A stretch of DNA of 64,000 nt, taken from the NCBI GenBank assembly GCA_035084275.1, contig CM068759.1:4402001-4466000 (forward strand), read 5' to 3'. Shown here piece after piece: positions 61,321 through 64,000 of the stretch. The position numbers were made by a program, and so were the translations under genes. Position 1 is the stretch's first letter. Every line of letters starts with the position of its first letter. The stretch is from Hydrolagus colliei. Its lineage: Eukaryota. Below the pieces are notes generated by a model that was not told the origin of the DNA, searched no databases, and was given only the letters and a program-made list of their open reading frames with translations.

Positions 61321-63291
61321 AGTCCATTAGTGGAATTGAATCACCTGGTATTTGATCTCCACCGTCATTAAAACTAGCAAAACACGGTGCAGGATGTTTG
61401 AGCCGAGATGCAAAGTCCCAGACTAGAGATAGTTTATCTTGCTATGGTTTCGTTTGTTTTTTTTACAAATAGGCGTGCGGCATGCAAACAAATAAAGATG
61501 CTTTCATTACCAATGTGTTTGGGTAGCACGAGCAATGTGATAACCTAATGCAAATCGTTTGCAAATGCCCTATGTTTATTTTTATCCACTGCCGCCCTAT
61601 TCTGTTCCTCCCAAGGGGACTTCAGGACATAGCACACAACAAATGCAAGATGTTTTTAGAACGCAGCTTAAAAATCACATGGTGTGCGGAGCTTGATTAA
61701 TTGCATAGTTGAATAACTGGCCAGGATAGCAGGCACTCAACTAGATGAAAGCACCAGTGTCCTCTGAGATCTCAAGTTCAATAGCTGAACAACGTTGGCT
61801 CTGTAGTTTCCTCTTATTTTTAAAGTAAAGTATCCTATGTTCCAGATTCAAACATTTATATAAACCTCACGTAGACTAGAAGCCAAAGTAAAGCAAAGAG
61901 CTTTGTCTGGAGCACACAATATCAAACTGTATAGTTCATTTCCTCTTTATAGACAAATAAAAATTAACACAATGATTCAATTATAAACCTGGCCACTTTG
62001 GTGGTCTGTGCTGCTATCTTGGTCACATTGAAATAGTTAATTGGTTCAACATTTTCAAAATTTTCATTCCCCAAAACATCCTCCTGACGTTTTGAGGGTT
62101 TGCAAGGGAACAAAAGATCACAGGAGAGTCCTGAATACGAATGCCTTCCCATTACTATATAAAATTATTGAACTGACTCCTCTTTCGTGGCCTCTGCTAT
62201 GCTTCCTGACAACCTATTCCAATTTGTCAATGGGTTGCCACGAAGATATAGTACGGCTCTTTTCATGTCAGGAGGACATCTCAAAGCGCTTTACAGAATT
62301 TACTGTGCAGTGTAGGGACGCTGTGTTTCGTGGGTGAACAATTGCCACGGTCACCACAGTCAAAGCTACAGTTGTAAAGATATAGTACCATCCAAGTGGA
62401 AATGTCAAAGGTTTTTTGTTACATTCAGTTTACACTTGAATCCCGATGAAGTGACGTTTATAGTACCCGTGACTATTCATAAATTTCTAAGCACTGTAAC
62501 TTTTTGTTTTTTAAGTATGCGAGGTAGATTTACCAGAAGGTGTTGAACATTCGATTCCAGTATTTAAAGGATATTTAAAAAGATCTACCCAGGGAGGAGA
62601 GGTAAATCTGTTGATGCTTCTTCTGTTTCACTCTTGTTGTTTTTGCTGCTTACTGTATGTAAGGTATGCAATACATTAGATTGTATGTGCTCACGTATAC
62701 ATACCTTTAGCACTATCGGTTCTAAATGAATGGTGCAAAAGTCACAGCTCTGAGCTGCCAGGGAGCATCAACCCTTAGTTTTGTGCTAGTGGGGGCAGCT
62801 CTGGGTGTAGCATAAAGGTTAATTTCTGACATCATGTGTTAAGGGATATCCTTTCGATAAAAGATCAGTGTGGCGAGAACATCTGAACTCAATGAAAGGT
62901 ATGTTCAAGCTACCTTTAGTACTGTGCCAACAATAACTTTCTTGCTTAAGAAAATCTTATTCCAAGTTTTTCATGAAATTAGAAAAATCCAAGAATAATA
63001 CTCTCCAGTTTCGTCTCTCACTCCAGCTTTTCATGAAACAAGTTAAAACGTTTACTTTCTTTTTCCTGAATGTTTTTAGTCGAGAAATTAGAATGAAAAA
63101 AGAAAGCGGAATGAGGGAAGTCTGGTGCTGCTGATCTTCTATGTTCTCCATCCCCACCTCTCCCCACACAAGCCAAACTACTGGCTTCCCATTACAGCAT
63201 TAAGTTCTTCCTTAGATGAATCCAGTGTGTGAACTCAACCACCCTGTATTACCTTCCAATTTTACTGCCATTTTAATCATGACTTATTTAT

Positions 63292-63350
63292 CAGCGCCTT
63301 GTGACATCCTCCCAACTTGAAAGGCGCTCTAAAAATGTAGTTTTGTTGTG
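63292..63350 (+). mobile_element. L2 3' terminus only
   Basis: cagcgccttgtgacatcctcccaacttgaaaggcgctctaaaaatgtagttttgttgt; begins at the 5' arm of the stem. Confidence 0.85.
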
Positions 63351-63384
63351 GTATTTTCTCAGTTACTATTCAAATTTGGCATCC

Positions 63385-63620
63385 TGTATAGCTCCTATAA
63401 TGTCTCAAGTTGAAGGCCTAGTTCAAATTCTTCCTCACAGCTCATCTGTCTAAAACTAGGGATGATCGTCATTGCTTTCCTTGGCACTGCCTCCTGAGTG
63501 AAGGCATCCTTTCCTTCTCTCTTATGCCACGGTGAACAGAACTGTATGCAGCACTACGGGTGAGGCTTGACTAGAGCACCATATTGGAAACTGCAATGTC
63601 TGTAATGGACATTGCAGTAG
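63385..63620 (-). mobile_element. CR1 LINE ORF2 fragment
   Basis: gaacagaactgtatgcagcactacgggtgaggcttgactagagc reads ALVKPH..CCIQFCSP on minus (CR1 LVRPHLEYCVQFWSP-like). Confidence 0.7.
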
Positions 63621-64000
63621 GACTTGGCTGTGATGACCCATGGGAATGAAACTTACAGTGACACACAAAGAATGTCGGAGATACTGGACGGCTGCCACCA
63701 TACCTCTAACATGAGTCACTGTATTCAGAAGAAGAGGGGAGATAATGGAACAGAGAAGAAATATTCAGCCTTGTAATTCTACAGATGGTGTTTGTCCGTG
63801 CAAAGGAAATGTGGAACAGGAAGCTACGGGGTTAAATGTTAATTTGTGCGGAGATCAAATGATGAAGATTTTCCACTTTCTAGGTAACTCGCCTTTCCTA
63901 CGAATGGAACCGCTAAACTGTTTGCAACATAATGCAAACTGCAGCACCAAAGTGCCAGCCAATTCTCGCAGATTCTATCATTTACGTGGGCTACAACATC

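Noticed and set aside
7456-63350. CRISPR-like or regularly spaced repeat array
   Set aside because: The repeated ~60-mers are dispersed over kilobases in both orientations and match an L2 terminus; the context is eukaryotic with no cas genes.
60204-64000. Upstream NFATC2 exon carrying the RAHYETEG loop
   Set aside because: Not found; it presumably lies beyond the window end.

Overview
This is eukaryotic, intron-rich vertebrate DNA. The repeat repertoire (Deu-domain SINEs, tRNA-Ala SINEs, L2 and CR1 LINE debris) suggests a cartilaginous fish, possibly a chimaera/elephant shark; the species is inferred. The window holds the 3' half of one protein-coding gene, NFATC2 (NFAT1), on the minus strand. 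Seven coding exons were reconstructed by hand, all GT-AG: 60158-59956, 52536-52364, 50683-50543, 41191-41136, 40177-40048, 39081-38251 and 14236-14181. Together they are 1590 nt (529 aa plus stop) with consistent phases. They encode most of the Rel-homology DNA-binding region, the IPT domain and the C-terminal transactivation region. A probable ~5.1 kb 3' UTR ends at an AATAAA cluster near 9060-9120, and 1-9050 looks intergenic. Almost all other ORFs in the supplied track are spurious or decayed retroelements. I see no prokaryote-type or clearly novel multi-gene system. The best leads are: (1) an NFATC1/A-style short-isoform layout after the IPT exon; (2) a five-unit His-Ser-Pro repeat in the transactivation exon; (3) recurrent ~60-nt inserts made only of an L2 3' stem-loop plus tail; (4) a modular tRNA-Ala SINE with long and short variants; (5) several unexplained hairpins.
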